A stretch of DNA of 64,000 nucleotides from an uncultured Veillonellaceae bacterium (GTDB lineage Bacteria; Bacillota; Negativicutes; JARBTT01): positions 1,472,001-1,536,000 of the forward strand of contig CAWDTA010000002.1 in the NCBI GenBank assembly GCA_963805085.1, given 5' to 3'. This document shows positions 8,254 to 21,500 of this stretch, in pieces. Every line of letters starts with the position of its first letter. Position 1 is the first letter of the stretch. The notes beneath the pieces are model-generated. The model saw only the letters and a program-made list of their open reading frames with translations, was not told where the DNA came from and did no database searches. A program made the translations under genes and the position numbers.

Positions 8254-9075
8254 ATGAATCAGCAATGTTCTTACCGAATTGAAACAATTGCCGGTAATGT
8301 AGAAATAGAAATAGGCCGGTTGAAAGCCCAGGTAGAGTTGTTTTGGGATAAGGAATTAAAGCATTATATTGAATTTGGTTTAAGGGATGGGGTGTCAATA
8401 GCGGAGCTTGGCTCAGGACCGGGATTTCTTACGGAAAAACTTTTGAATAATTTTCCTAGTTCACACATTACAGCGCTAGAGATTGATCCCTATTTGGTTG
8501 ATTTAGCCAAGGGACATTTGTCGGAAAAGTTTGGGGAACGATGCAAAATTTTTGAAGGATCAATTTTAGAAACGGGCTTAAGCGAAAACACATTTGATTT
8601 TGCCATTATCAGGTTATTACTGGAACATTTACCTAATCCGGTCGAGGCGGTCCGCGAAGTATTCCGGATACTTAAACCCGGCGGGAAAGCGTTGTTTGTT
8701 GACAATGATTTTGAAATGCATATTATGACTTATCCGCACGTTTCGGATTTGAGAAATCTTTATGATGCTTATTGCCGATCCAGATATGCTGAAGGGGGGA
8801 ATCCTAAAATTGGACGGGAATTGCCTGCAGTATTGAAAAAAGGCGGGTTTTCGAATGTTGATTTTGAAATCATTAGTGCCCATAGTGAGATCATAGGAGA
8901 GAAACTATTTTCCAAATCTGAAGGAGTTAGTATTCCGTTTAAATTAGTAAAGGATGGTTATTTATCAAGTAAGACTATGGGACAAGTTTCCGTTGAATGG
9001 CGAAATATGCTTAAGAACGAAGGTCATTCAATTATTCGACAATTGTATATGGCTGTTGGGGAAAAATTGTTGTAG
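8254..9075 (+). CDS. Class I SAM-dependent methyltransferase (PKS cluster)
   Basis: ELGSGPG motif I; RILKPGG. Confidence 0.9.
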   Translation: MNQQCSYRIETIAGNVEIEIGRLKAQVELFWDKELKHYIEFGLRDGVSIAELGSGPGFLTEKLLNNFPSSHITALEIDPYLVDLAKGHLSEKFGERCKIFEGSILETGLSENTFDFAIIRLLLEHLPNPVEAVREVFRILKPGGKALFVDNDFEMHIMTYPHVSDLRNLYDAYCRSRYAEGGNPKIGRELPAVLKKGGFSNVDFEIISAHSEIIGEKLFSKSEGVSIPFKLVKDGYLSSKTMGQVSVEWRNMLKNEGHSIIRQLYMAVGEKLL

Positions 9076-9083
9076 AAAAGGGA

Positions 9084-12000
9084 GTGCAGAGGATGAAAGT
9101 CAACAATCCTAATAACATAGAGTACTTTGAAAAGCAAGTGAAAGAGATAATAATAAACTTATTAAAGGATACTGGCGAAGCCCTGGATTTAGATAAAAGT
9201 TTTCTGGAGTTGGGTATTAATTCAGTGTTGGCTGTGGAATTAGTGGAAGCGATTAATCAAAAATTGGGAACTGAATTGGGCATTGAAGTTGTTTTTGACT
9301 ATGCAAGTGTGAAGGAGTTAGCTGAGTTTATTTATTGTAAATCTGAAAAAAAAATCCATCCAGCCAACTTTGACAGCGTATTGGTTGCTGACAGCAATCT
9401 TTCCAGTGAAAATAGTGCACATGATTATATGAGCAAGAAAGAAGCAGAAATTTCGGCAGAAAGAAGTAACGGTTACTCAGATATTAATGCCGGTCGGAGT
9501 CCAGATATAGCAATCATCGGCATTTCCGGTAAATTTGCCGGTTCTGAAACAGTTGAAGAATTTTGGGATCATCTGCAATCTGGTGATAGCTGTATAGAGG
9601 AAATTAAACGCCAAGGGTGGGCAGAATATTATGATTCTGATCCTAGCCAAAAGAATAAATCAATTAGTAAATGGGGGGGGTTGTTAAAAAACATCGACAA
9701 ATTTGATGCTTCATTTTTCAACATATCACCGATTGAAGCCGAAAGGATGGATCCACAACAACGGTTATTCCTGGAAGAAGCATTTAAAGTGTTCGAAGAT
9801 AGTGGATATTCCGCCCAACAGTTATCGGGGCAAAAAGTTGGTGTTTTTGTTGGAGGAAGAGCCTCAAGTTATAAAGACAAGACCTTGCTTGTGGAAGAAA
9901 TTAATTCTCAGACATTTGTAGGCAATGATATGTCGGTTTTGGCTGCGCGAATTTCATATTTTCTAAATTTGAAGGGACCCAACCTGTCAGTAGATACTGC
10001 ATGTTCCTCTTCCTTAGTGGCGATTCATTTAGCTTGTGAGAGTGTTCGTCGAGGAGAATCGGAACTTGCATTGGCAGGGGGGGTCTTTGTTATTGATTCT
10101 CCGGATTTTTACGTCATGACATCAAAAACAAATCTATTATCACCAGATGGTAAATGCAAAACTTTTGATAATGCTGCAAACGGAATTGTGCTTGGCGAAG
10201 GCGTAGGGGTAATGGTATTAAAACGATTGGAAGCGGCTTTGGAAGATGGTGATCATATTTACGGAGTAATTAAAGGCTCTTCTATGAATCAGGATGGAAA
10301 GACAAAGGGAATTACTGCACCGAGTATGCTTTCGCAAAAAAAACTGATATATGAAACATACAAGAATGCTTTGATTAATCCGGAGACTGTTAGTTATATT
10401 GAGGCACATGGTACAGGTACAAAATTAGGGGATCCGATAGAGATTAAAGCATTAACAGAGGCATTTCGTATGTTCACCGATAAAATGCAATTTTGCGCAG
10501 TCGGATCGCATAAACCTAATTTTGGACATACAATCATGACAGCAGGGATTGCAGGAGTCTTTAAAGTCTTAATGGCAATGAAATACAGAAAGATTCCGCC
10601 AGCAATCAGTGTAGAGAAAATCAATGAACATATTGATTTTGATACAAGTCCGTTTTTTGTAAATACGAAACTAAAAAACTGGATAAGTAATGATGGTGGA
10701 CCTTTAAGAGCGGGAGTTAGCTCATTTGGTTTTAGCGGAACAAATTGTCATATTATTATCGAAGAACCGCCAAAAATTAAAAATAATACCGGCAATCCGG
10801 TTAGACCTTATTATTTCTTTCCGTTATCAGCAAAGAGTACAACGGTGTTAAAGCAAAAAATCGCAGATATGGCAAGCTGGTTGGAAAAAGAAGAAGGTAA
10901 TTATGTAGTTGACGATATAGTCTATACATTACTAGTTGGGCGTACTCATTTTTCCGCTCGGTGTGTTTTCGTGGCCAAGGATATAGCCGAATTAAAATAC
11001 AGGATAAAAGAAGTCATTGAAAATGGAAAGACAGAGAATTATTTTTTTAATGAGGAAAATAATTGCGATAACCTGGAACCGATGTTAAAAGAATTAAAGA
11101 AATATGGCGAAAAGCTCATGGAAGAATTACAGGAAACAGGTAATTTAGCCAGAGAAAGATATAAGGAAAAATTGCTGGTCTTATCACATTTATATATAAA
11201 AAAATATGATTTAAATTGGGAAGAATTCTTTAATAAAGGTAAATACCACCGTATTCCTTTATCTACATATCCGTTTGCAGGAGACAGTTATTGGATACCG
11301 GGAGCGACTAAACATCAAGTAGCTATTACCTGCGATGGTGGTGCTGCTTTTATTCATCCTTTATTGCATCGAAATACCTCTGATTTTTCAGAACATCGAT
11401 TTAGCTCGATTTTTACTGGTCGTGAGTTTTTCTTTTTGGATTATGCAGGTAAAGGGAAAAAGGTGTTGGCAGGGGAAGCTTGCCTTGAAATGGCACGGGC
11501 GGCAGTAAAGCAGGCAGCAGGGAATATAGCGGAAGAGAAAACGACAATTAGGCTTAAAAACGTGGTTTGGGGCAGTCCTATGGTTATTGGTGAAGAGCCG
11601 GTACAAGTGCACATTGGACTTTTTCCTGAAGAACACGATCAGATTGCGTTTGAAATCTATGGTGATTCTGTAAAGAGCGGTGCAGAGCCTATAGTGTACT
11701 GTCAAGGCAGTACAATGTTTGATTCGACAGTGGAGATTCCCCTCTTAAACTTAAAAGCCTTAGAAGCACAATGTGAACAGGAAAAAATTAATTCCAGTCA
11801 ATACTGCGAAGCCAATGTTGCAATGGAATTTAACTGTGGCTCGGAACAGAGGAAAATTGAAATGTTGCAGATAGGAAAGGATCGGGCTTTGGTAAAATTG
11901 TCTTTACCTTCTTCCCTTGCTGATACAGGAAAACAATTTGTCGTACACCCTTGTCTACTTCAGGGAGTCTTGCAGGCTTCAGCATGTTTACTCAATTCTA

Positions 12001-15000
12001 GTGAAGTGAAATTGCCCGGAAAGGTAGTTTCACTAACACCTTCATTGCCTTTAGCTCTGGATGAAATTGAAATCCTTGGCGGCTGTACCCCATCCATGTG
12101 GGCATTGATACAGTTTAGAGAGAAAAACAAAGCAGGAGAAAAGGGTCAAAAATTCAATGTGGACTTTTGCGATGATCAGGGAAAAATTTGTGTGCGCTTA
12201 AAGGGAATGGAAATGAAGCCTGTAGAGTTAGCAGAGTATTGTCAAAAACACACTGTGCCGAGGACAAAGCATGTACTGCAAAAGCAATGGGAACATTGTC
12301 CGGGTACTTCTAACCGGAGATTGGACCGGTGTATTGCCATCCTAATGACGCAAGAAACCAAAGAATTAGCAGAAAAGCTTGCTCAGCACCTGCAAAAGAG
12401 TGAACTTTTAGATCTAAATGATCTTGCTGTACAACGTAAACAGGTGGAAGAATGGAAAACATATGATGGATGTGTGGATCTGTCAGGCTGTGGAGAAAGT
12501 ATAAGCAAATCAATGGACTGGATAGTATGGCTGCAACAATTGATTGAGCAGGGCCATAAAGAAGGGCTGATGTTATTGTGCGTGACCAAGGGCTTGGAAT
12601 CATATCAGAATACCAATGCTAATTTGTCAGGTGCTTGTCACGCCGGCTTGTATCGTATGCTGCAAAGTGAATATAGTCAATTAAGATCACGGCATATGGA
12701 TGCAGAAGCAAGTGCTGATACTGAAACGCTAGCGAGACAGATTGCCGCCGAGTTGTTTATGGACAGTGAAGATCCGGAAGTATGTTACCGGAATGGGAAA
12801 CGTTACCGGGCTATGCTTGTTGCATTGCAGGAAAGTGGCAATAACGATACGGGACTGATGTTTCCGCAGGATCAGGTGTTATGGATTACAGGCGGCACAA
12901 AAGGAATTGGATATTTGTGTGCCCGGCACTTTGTCATGCACCATAAAGTCAGGAAACTGGTGTTGACAGGACGAGAAGTACTGCCACCACGAGAAGAATG
13001 GGATAATTACGAGGATAAAAACAATTCTATAGGCAGAAAGATTGAATCTATCCGAGAATTGGAAAAGCAAGGAGCAAAAGTACGGGTTTTGTCAGTGGCG
13101 TTGACAGATAGTGAGGCAGTGCAGCAGAGCCTGCAGGAGATTAAAAATACAATGGGAACTATTGGCGGACTCATACACTGCGCGGGAATCAGCGATGCCG
13201 ACAATCCGGCATTTATCCGAAAAAATATTGATGGGATTAAAACAGTATTGGAACCAAAGGTTAAGGGACTGGAAGTATTGTACCAAAGTTTAAAGGAAGA
13301 ACCGCTGCAGTTTATCGTCTTGTTTTCATCCGTAGCAGGGATAATCCCCAGTTTGGGAGCAGGGCAAAGTGATTATGCGATGGCGAATGCATATATGGAC
13401 TATTTTGCTAGAGTGCATAGGAAATCGAGTCCAATTGTCAGTATACAGTGGCCAAGCTGGAAAGAGGCAGGTATGGGAGAAATCAAGAGCAGAGCATATC
13501 AGCAAACCGGCCTGTTAAGTCATACAGATAGAGAAGGGTTACAATATTTGGACTATGTTCTGTCCCAGAAGATAGGCCCTGTGGTTTTACCGGCAGTGAC
13601 CAATCCAGATAAGTGGAAACCACAGCAGCTTATGGGGCGGAAAATTCAAGAAGAGACCACAACAAGTATACCAGTTAAGGGCGTTCTGGATGAAAGCAAG
13701 GGAGAAGCAAATAATGTCCTTGTTAAAGCAACGCAAGAATGGCTGATATCGTTATTCGCCAGGGAATTGAAGATGGACACCGCGAAGGTGGAAATAGACA
13801 CTCCTTTTCAGGACTATGGATTGGATTCTATTTTACTCGCCCAGATTATTACTAAGATGGATCGTGAGTTAAAAGGCGCAGCATTAGATCCATCGGCACT
13901 TATCGAAAATTCTACAGTAAGAAGTTTGGCAAGGTATTTAACGCAAACTTATCCGGAGTTTCTTACTGCTTTATTCTCTATTGAGGCCTCACTCAGGGAG
14001 AGTGCTGCACAAAGTATTCCAAATGATTCGAAGTCAGTGCTGCTTTTGCAACGAAAGAAAAGAAAAGGATTTTGTCAAACCAAAGCCGACACGCAGAAAG
14101 AAAAGGTTGCAATAATAGGTATGGCCTGTCATTTTCCGGATGCAGCAAATATTTATGAATACTGGGAGAATTTAAAACTTGGAAGAGATAGTATACGCGA
14201 AGTACCGAAGAGTCGGTGGGATTGGGAAAAATATTATGATACCCAGGGCGGTGAAAAAGGAAAAAGTATTAGCAAATGGGGTGCATTTTTAGAAGGAATT
14301 GAAGCATTTGACCCTGGATATTTTAATATCTCAGAGCAATTAGCACCTAAAATTGATCCCCTTCAAAGACAATGGCTTGAGGTCAGTATTGAAGCTTTGG
14401 CGGATGCAGGTTATGAAAAGAAAGATTTGTGGGGGAAACAGATAGGGGTTTTTGCGGGTGCAAGGACAAGTAACTTTGCCGATAAACTTGATAAAAGTAG
14501 CAAAGGTAAGATTATAGGGGGAGGACAAAATTTTATTACGGCTCATTTAGCGCATATTTGTAATTTTAAAGGTCCTAATATGGTTGTAGATACAGCTTGT
14601 TCCAGCTCCTTAACGGCTATCCATTTAGCTGTAAGAAGTATTCAAAGCAAGGAGGCAGAGATTGCCTTGGCTGGGGGAGTTGAAATTCTTTTGGATGAAT
14701 CCGTATTTATTGCGTTAAGTGGCGAAAAAATTTTATCACCTGACGGGCGGTGCAAGACTTTTGATACGAGTGCCAACGGAATCGGGTTAGGCGAAGGTTG
14801 CGGGGTACTGGTTTTAAAATCTTTAAACAAGGCTATTGCTGACAATGATAAGATCTATGGAGTTATTGATGGTTCGGCTATTAATAATGATGGTAATACA
14901 GTGGGGGTAACTACTCCGAATCCTGAAGCTCAGCGTCAGCTCATTGGAGCTGCTATTGCTGATGCAAATATAACCCCTGACACAATAAGTTATATCGAAG

Positions 15001-15551
15001 CACATGGAACAGGTACAGTAATTGGTGATCCAATAGAATTAAAAGCACTTACCCAAATACTCTCAGAGCATACAATGAGGAAAGGTTTCTGCGGTGTAGG
15101 CAGTGTAAAAAGCAATATTGGACATTTGCTAAATGCAGCTGGTGTATCGGGTATTATTAAGGTATTGCTGGCTATAATTCATCAACAAATCCCTCCAACG
15201 TTACATTGCGATAACCCTAATCCACGTTTTAACTTTGAAGAATCACCGTTGTATTTGGTACGGGGTTTACAGGATTGGAGCAGCGAGAACCAGGTTCTGC
15301 GTGCCGGTATTAGTGCATTTGGACTAGGAGGAAATAACGCCAATATTATTGTCAGTAATCAAGGAGTACCCGATACACATAAAGCATCAATGGTACCAAG
15401 GGGTAATAAAGTGGTATTTAAGCGAAAAATCTATTGGCCTGAAATGGCATTGAAAACTTATAAGCAGGAAAGTGAACTTCAAGAGGGTATTCAGCCTAAA
15501 CAGGACGAAGAAGACGAATTTAATGAGCTTTTTGAAATACAGGAGGTGTAA
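9084..15551 (+). CDS. Trans-AT polyketide synthase 1: ACP-KS-DH(inactive)-KR-ACP-KS
   Basis: GINS ACP; two KS with DTACSSS/HGTGT/GH; DH lacks the HxxxGxxxxP His (LDYAGKGKKVLAG); KR GGTKGIG/YAMAN without LDD; GLDS ACP; no AT domain. Confidence 0.95.
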   Translation: MQRMKVNNPNNIEYFEKQVKEIIINLLKDTGEALDLDKSFLELGINSVLAVELVEAINQKLGTELGIEVVFDYASVKELAEFIYCKSEKKIHPANFDSVLVADSNLSSENSAHDYMSKKEAEISAERSNGYSDINAGRSPDIAIIGISGKFAGSETVEEFWDHLQSGDSCIEEIKRQGWAEYYDSDPSQKNKSISKWGGLLKNIDKFDASFFNISPIEAERMDPQQRLFLEEAFKVFEDSGYSAQQLSGQKVGVFVGGRASSYKDKTLLVEEINSQTFVGNDMSVLAARISYFLNLKGPNLSVDTACSSSLVAIHLACESVRRGESELALAGGVFVIDSPDFYVMTSKTNLLSPDGKCKTFDNAANGIVLGEGVGVMVLKRLEAALEDGDHIYGVIKGSSMNQDGKTKGITAPSMLSQKKLIYETYKNALINPETVSYIEAHGTGTKLGDPIEIKALTEAFRMFTDKMQFCAVGSHKPNFGHTIMTAGIAGVFKVLMAMKYRKIPPAISVEKINEHIDFDTSPFFVNTKLKNWISNDGGPLRAGVSSFGFSGTNCHIIIEEPPKIKNNTGNPVRPYYFFPLSAKSTTVLKQKIADMASWLEKEEGNYVVDDIVYTLLVGRTHFSARCVFVAKDIAELKYRIKEVIENGKTENYFFNEENNCDNLEPMLKELKKYGEKLMEELQETGNLARERYKEKLLVLSHLYIKKYDLNWEEFFNKGKYHRIPLSTYPFAGDSYWIPGATKHQVAITCDGGAAFIHPLLHRNTSDFSEHRFSSIFTGREFFFLDYAGKGKKVLAGEACLEMARAAVKQAAGNIAEEKTTIRLKNVVWGSPMVIGEEPVQVHIGLFPEEHDQIAFEIYGDSVKSGAEPIVYCQGSTMFDSTVEIPLLNLKALEAQCEQEKINSSQYCEANVAMEFNCGSEQRKIEMLQIGKDRALVKLSLPSSLADTGKQFVVHPCLLQGVLQASACLLNSSEVKLPGKVVSLTPSLPLALDEIEILGGCTPSMWALIQFREKNKAGEKGQKFNVDFCDDQGKICVRLKGMEMKPVELAEYCQKHTVPRTKHVLQKQWEHCPGTSNRRLDRCIAILMTQETKELAEKLAQHLQKSELLDLNDLAVQRKQVEEWKTYDGCVDLSGCGESISKSMDWIVWLQQLIEQGHKEGLMLLCVTKGLESYQNTNANLSGACHAGLYRMLQSEYSQLRSRHMDAEASADTETLARQIAAELFMDSEDPEVCYRNGKRYRAMLVALQESGNNDTGLMFPQDQVLWITGGTKGIGYLCARHFVMHHKVRKLVLTGREVLPPREEWDNYEDKNNSIGRKIESIRELEKQGAKVRVLSVALTDSEAVQQSLQEIKNTMGTIGGLIHCAGISDADNPAFIRKNIDGIKTVLEPKVKGLEVLYQSLKEEPLQFIVLFSSVAGIIPSLGAGQSDYAMANAYMDYFARVHRKSSPIVSIQWPSWKEAGMGEIKSRAYQQTGLLSHTDREGLQYLDYVLSQKIGPVVLPAVTNPDKWKPQQLMGRKIQEETTTSIPVKGVLDESKGEANNVLVKATQEWLISLFARELKMDTAKVEIDTPFQDYGLDSILLAQIITKMDRELKGAALDPSALIENSTVRSLARYLTQTYPEFLTALFSIEASLRESAAQSIPNDSKSVLLLQRKKRKGFCQTKADTQKEKVAIIGMACHFPDAANIYEYWENLKLGRDSIREVPKSRWDWEKYYDTQGGEKGKSISKWGAFLEGIEAFDPGYFNISEQLAPKIDPLQRQWLEVSIEALADAGYEKKDLWGKQIGVFAGARTSNFADKLDKSSKGKIIGGGQNFITAHLAHICNFKGPNMVVDTACSSSLTAIHLAVRSIQSKEAEIALAGGVEILLDESVFIALSGEKILSPDGRCKTFDTSANGIGLGEGCGVLVLKSLNKAIADNDKIYGVIDGSAINNDGNTVGVTTPNPEAQRQLIGAAIADANITPDTISYIEAHGTGTVIGDPIELKALTQILSEHTMRKGFCGVGSVKSNIGHLLNAAGVSGIIKVLLAIIHQQIPPTLHCDNPNPRFNFEESPLYLVRGLQDWSSENQVLRAGISAFGLGGNNANIIVSNQGVPDTHKASMVPRGNKVVFKRKIYWPEMALKTYKQESELQEGIQPKQDEEDEFNELFEIQEV

Positions 15552-15557
15552 CACAAA

Positions 15558-18500
15558 ATGTTGGAAAAAGGTAAAACATTTTCACAGAAAATAAGACATT
15601 CTAACTACATTGTACGTGATCACCGCATTCATGGTGTACGTACTCTTCCTGGTGTAACCTTGCTGGATATGATCTACCGGCTATCGGCTGGCTATATAGG
15701 TACTCAGGCAATTGAACTAAAACAGGTTTTATTTAAACAACCTGTAGTTACGTCGGAAAACTTTGATCGAGATGTATTAGTAACCTTCATTCCCAGAAAT
15801 TCACATTGGGAAATAAAAGTTGTCAGTCAAAAAATAAAAAATGATGTGATTTTGGATTCAGCGTATGACGAAAATATGGAATGCTTGCTTTTCCAGCGGG
15901 AAAACACGGAATTAGATAAGAATTTTGATGTGAAGTCATTTATAAGTAATGCAAAAACGCAATGGGATATGGATAGTATTTACCGCTTTGGACGCCAGGT
16001 TAATATTCAACACTTTGAATTTATGAAAACATTAGGCACGGTATACTTAAATGATGATGCAGAAATAATGCATCTTCATTTAAGTGAGCTGGCAGAAAAG
16101 TACAGAGAAAGTTTTTATGCTCATCCGGCTTTTTTGGATGGTTCAACCTTGGCTGGGTTGCCCTTCCAATTAACCGGAAGCGATCAGGAAATATTTCGTG
16201 GTATACCGTACATTCCATTTTTAATTCAGCGGTTTTGCATATACCGGCCATTGCCTAAAAGTATTTATACATATACCAAAAAACCTGAATTTATTATTAA
16301 AAACAAAGAAAATCCTCCAGACATATTTACATTTGATATTACCATTTTTAACGAATTAGGTGAGATCTTAGTTAAATTTGAGAAAATGATGGTGAAACGG
16401 ATCAGAGAACCGCACTTGATTAAAAAACTGATTGAAGCTGACAATAACCGCTTATCACAAGAAAAAACGGAATTTGTAGGAGAAAGCAGTCTTAAGAAGG
16501 AAACCACGCAAGCATGGATTGAAACGCAACGGGAACAGCCAACGGATACCGATGCTAAACATGTCATTCAGTCGTATTTGCAAAAGGAAATTGGTCAAGT
16601 ATTAAAAAAGAACCCTGGTGATGTTGATATAAACTCTGGATTTTATGAATTAGGGTTGGATTCAACTAATTTGTTAGGTCTTGTAAAAGTGCTGGAAGAA
16701 AAATTAGGTGAACAGCTTTACCCGACGTTGTTATTTGAGTATTCAACTATACAACGGCTATCTGACTATTTATCAGAGGATTATGCAAACGCATTTTCTT
16801 GTTTGGAAACAAGTCGGAACAAGGCGGAGAGGAAAACAAGGGACCAAGCTAATAGTGATTCTCGACAGATAATTGTTTCTTATCTGCAGCAAGAGATTGG
16901 TAGAGTATTAAAAAAGAATTCAAACGAAATTGATGTGAACAGCGGATTTTATGAATTGGGGTTGGATTCGACAAATCTTTTATCTCTTGTTAAACAGTTA
17001 GAAGAAAAATTAGGCGAACCGCTTTATCCAACTCTTTTATTTGAGTATTCTACCATTGAGCGTTTGGCGGAGTATTTGCTGAGTAACTATGATAAACTCT
17101 TTCTTGATTTTCATAATAAGGAAAACAATGACAAAGATAATCGCAGTTTACAAAATTCCAATAACGCAAACATGGTATTTCTGGAACCTGGTTGGTATAA
17201 ACAAAATATTATGAACCAGCAAGCCGTAACTCAAAAACACCAGCATATAGTTATACTGTTTAGTGATGAGGAAAATGTAAAGTCAGCAATTCAACAAAGT
17301 ATGTGTACTGCGGACGTTATTATATTGACTTCAAGAGAAGAAAATATTGTATGCCGGTTTGAGGATAAATTTATACAATTGCTGCAACTAATCCAAGAGC
17401 GGCTAGGGCAAAAAACTCCAGTAGAACTGTTATTGCAAATTGTTGCAGATTCGGATAGCGAAGGTAAGTATGTTTATGCGCTGGCGGGAATGTTGAAAAC
17501 CGCTTATTTAGAAAATCCAAAGATTCATAGTCAAATCATTGCTATTGATAAGCTGCAGTCACAATCAATTTCTGCCATTGTGCAGATTCTTCAAAAAGAA
17601 TCTCTTGCCTTTGAACAGGATGTACTGGAAATTTGCTACAGAGGAGAAGGACTCCATCGTTATATAAGACAGCTAAATGAGAAGGAGCCTTCAGCAAATA
17701 CGTTGATATCTTATAAGGAAAATGGAGTATATGTTATTACAGGAGGATTAGGCGGTCTAGGAATTTTAATTGCCGATCATATTGCCAACCAGGTTAAAAG
17801 TAAACTTGTATTAATTGGCCGGTCTCAGTTAGATTCGACAAAGGAAGAAAAAATACGCCAGTTACGGCAAAAAGGAGCAGAGGTATTATATCTGCAGGCG
17901 GATATCAGTAAAAAAACGGAGATTGTAAACGTATTTAACGTGATCAAAAATAAATTTGGATTTATCACCGGGATTTTTCATAACGCAGGGGTATTAAAAG
18001 ATCAGGTTATTATTAAAAAAAATCTGTTAGAAATACAAGATGTTTTCCGCCCTAAAGTACATGGCTTGTGGTACTTAGATGAGGCAACTCAGGACGAAGA
18101 AATGGATTTCTTTATTGTATTTTCTTCCCTTTCGGCCATTACGGGCAATCTGGGGCAAGCAGATTATGCAACTGCGAATGCTTTTATGGATGTTTTCGCG
18201 ACTTTCCGTCAGGATAGGGTAAAGGAAGGCAAACGGTTTGGCAAAACAATCAGCATTAACTGGCCATTATGGTCTGATGGCGGAATGCAGGTAGATGACA
18301 GGTTTGAAGAAATGATGGCTGGTTCATTTGGCATGAAACCATTACCAGCACAATTAGGTCTAAAGGCTCTGGATACTTTATTAAGCCAAAACAGAACCCG
18401 CAATATTGTTTTTTATGGTGACAAAAGCAAAATGCGCAGTTATCTAGGTTCTTATATTCATGCAACACAGGAAGATGCGCAAATTTCTATGAAAAGGTCA

Positions 18501-21500
18501 ACATATGTTGATGCTGTGAAAAAAACTGACGATCAAATTTTCCAATCGGAATACAGGTCTAATGATATTGCTATTATCGGTCTATCAGGTCGTTATCCGA
18601 TGGCGGATTCAATACGAGAATTTTACCAGAACTTACGAGAAGGAAGGGATTGTATTTCAAACTTCCCTAAAAACAGATGGAAGAATTATCAATTCGGGTT
18701 TGATGTGGAACAATTTTATAAATACGGGGGGTTTCTTGATCATATTGATGAGTTTGATCCACTCTTTTTTAATATTGCTCCTCGTCAGGCAGAAATGATG
18801 GATCCACAGGCTAGGCTCTTTTTAGAAACAGTTTGGGAAGCTTGTGAAGATGCGGGATTTTATCAGGATAGAACGCAGAACTGTTATCCGTCATCAAGTG
18901 ATAAGAGTGTAGGCGTATTTGCCGGAGTTTTTTGGAATCATTACGAACTGTTTGGGGCTGAAATGACGCAGCGGGGCATACCGACCTCGCTTGGCATCAG
19001 CCCGGCATCTATACCCAATATGGTTTCATATTGCTTGAATTTTCATGGCCCTTCTATGGCTGTTGATACGATGTGTTCATCGGCACTAACGGCTATTCAT
19101 TTAGCTTGTGAAAGTATCCGCCATCATCAATGTCATTATGCTATTGCGGGAGGCGTTAATTTAGTAACACATCCCCATAAATTTATATTTCTTAAGCAAG
19201 CTCACTTTTTATCCTCAGATGGGCGGTGCAGGAGTTTTGGGCAAGGCGGCGATGGTTATGTACCGGGAGAAGGAGTCGGTGCTGTGTTGTTAACAACTCT
19301 TGAACGGGCTCAGCAGGAAGGCTACCCCATCTATGGAATTATCAAAGGTTCGGCATTAAATCACGTTGGAAAGACATCAGGCGTAACAGTTCCCGACCCT
19401 ATTGCGCAGTCTGAAGTCATAGCAGATGCATTAAAAATAGCGGATGTTGATCCACGATCAATTAGTTATATTGAAGCCCATGGAACAGGTACGGCATTAG
19501 GTGATCCGATAGAAATTCAAGGCCTTAAAAGGGCATTTAATCAGTGGACGCAGGATCGGCAATATTGTGCAATCGGTTCATCAAAATCCAATATCGGTCA
19601 TTTGGAAGCCGCGGCTGGCATTGGAGGACTTACAAAATTATTGCTTCAATTAAAACACCAGGAAATATTTCCTTCCTTACATTCTGAGCAGTTAAATCCT
19701 TATATTTCTTTTGACAATACACCCTTCTACATTGAGCATAATCTTAAAAAGTGGAATCGTCCTGAAGTGGAATTAGATGGAGTAAAGCTGAGATACCCTA
19801 GGCGTGCCGGTTTAAGTTCTTTTGGTGCAAATGGGAGTAACGCCCACATTATTGTGGAAGAATACATTTCTCAAAAAACGAAAAAAAACAGCATTACGAT
19901 TAATGAGATAAATCTGGCTCTTGTACCACTTTCCGCCAAAAATAGAGATTGCCTTAAGGTCTATGCCCAAAAACTTCTTGATTTTCTTAAGGATGTTCCG
20001 GAAATCCGGGGTAGTTCTAACGAGCAGCTTGCAAGAATAGTCGAAGGAGAAATCATCCAAATTCTAGCGAAGATACTATCCGTCAAGGAAAATGATATTG
20101 ACCCTGTTCAAGACTTGTCTGAATTCAATGCTGACTACATCCAAATGGCTAGTTTCCATCAAAATCTGCAAGAGAGGTATGGACTAGATATTGATAAGAA
20201 TATCATTTTTCAGGTGCAATCCATACGCAGTCTAACAAGTCAATTTATTCAACAGTACCAACCAGAATTGGAACAACATTTCTTCAGATCTAAAGACACA
20301 TCCGACGGGACAAAAATCAGGCATCACATTGATATAGTGGATTTGGCTTATACCTTGCAAGTAGGCCGGGAAGCGATGGACTGCAGAGTCGTCTTCAATG
20401 TTAAAACTATCAATGAATTGATAGAAAAATTAGAGCTATTTATTGAAGGCAAAGTCAATATTGATAACTGTTTTCAGGGACTGGAGAAAAGGGATAGGGA
20501 TTTGATCACAACGATTACTTATGACGAGGATATGAAGGAGGTCCTTGACAAATGGATTGACAAGGGAAAGAAAAATAAATTGGCGGAGCTATGGGTCAAA
20601 GGCTTAAAAATAGACTGGGATAAGCTTTATGGAGATATCAGACCCCACAGGATCAATTTGCCTACTTATCCCTTTGCTAGGGAACACTACTGGATATCGG
20701 CGGTTGAGGACAAAGTAAAGTTGAGTGGCAACATAACTACATGTGAGACAGCTCTCATTCACCCATTATTACAGCAAAATACGTCCGATTTCTCTGAACA
20801 GAGGTTTAGTTCGACTTTTACGGGGCAAGAGTTTTTCCTAATGGATCACGTCGTACAAGGTAAGCGAGTTTTGCCGGGAGTGGCCTTTCTCGAGATGGCT
20901 AGGGCGGCAGTAGATCAGGCGGTGGGAAGTTTGTCGGCAAGACCGATAGGGATTCACCTTAAGAATGTTGTTTGGGCACAACCGGTTATCGTAAAGGAGC
21001 AAGCAGTACAGGTGAATATCGGACTATACCCTGAGGATACTGGTGAAGTTGCCTATGAAATTTATAGTGAATCGGAATGTGGTGAAGACCGTGTAATATA
21101 TAGTCAAGGAAGAGCAATGTTGAGTTCGGTTTTAAAAATGCCTGTTTTAGATCTTAAGTCCTTGCAGGCTAAGTGCAGTCAGCATGTCTTTAATTCAAAC
21201 CAATGCTATGAAGGCTTTAGAACAATGGGAGTTCAATACGACCCAGCTTATCAAGGAATAGAAAAGGTGTATGTGGGGCAAGAGCAAGTTTTGGCGAAGA
21301 TATCATTGTCAGTTGGTGACAACAACATGAAGAATCGTTTCGTTTTACATCCCATTCTGCTGGACGCTGCCATACAGGCTTCCCTATATTTAACTGTGCC
21401 AATTCCATTTAGCAGCAGTACTTCTCTTAAGCAATTCCTACCAGTTACCCTTGAGGAGTTAGAAACAATTAGTGAATGTCCTGCTGATATGTGGGCTTTG

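Noticed and set aside
16560-17090. Direct repeat inside PKS2
   Set aside because: Tandem ACP domains, common in trans-AT PKSs.
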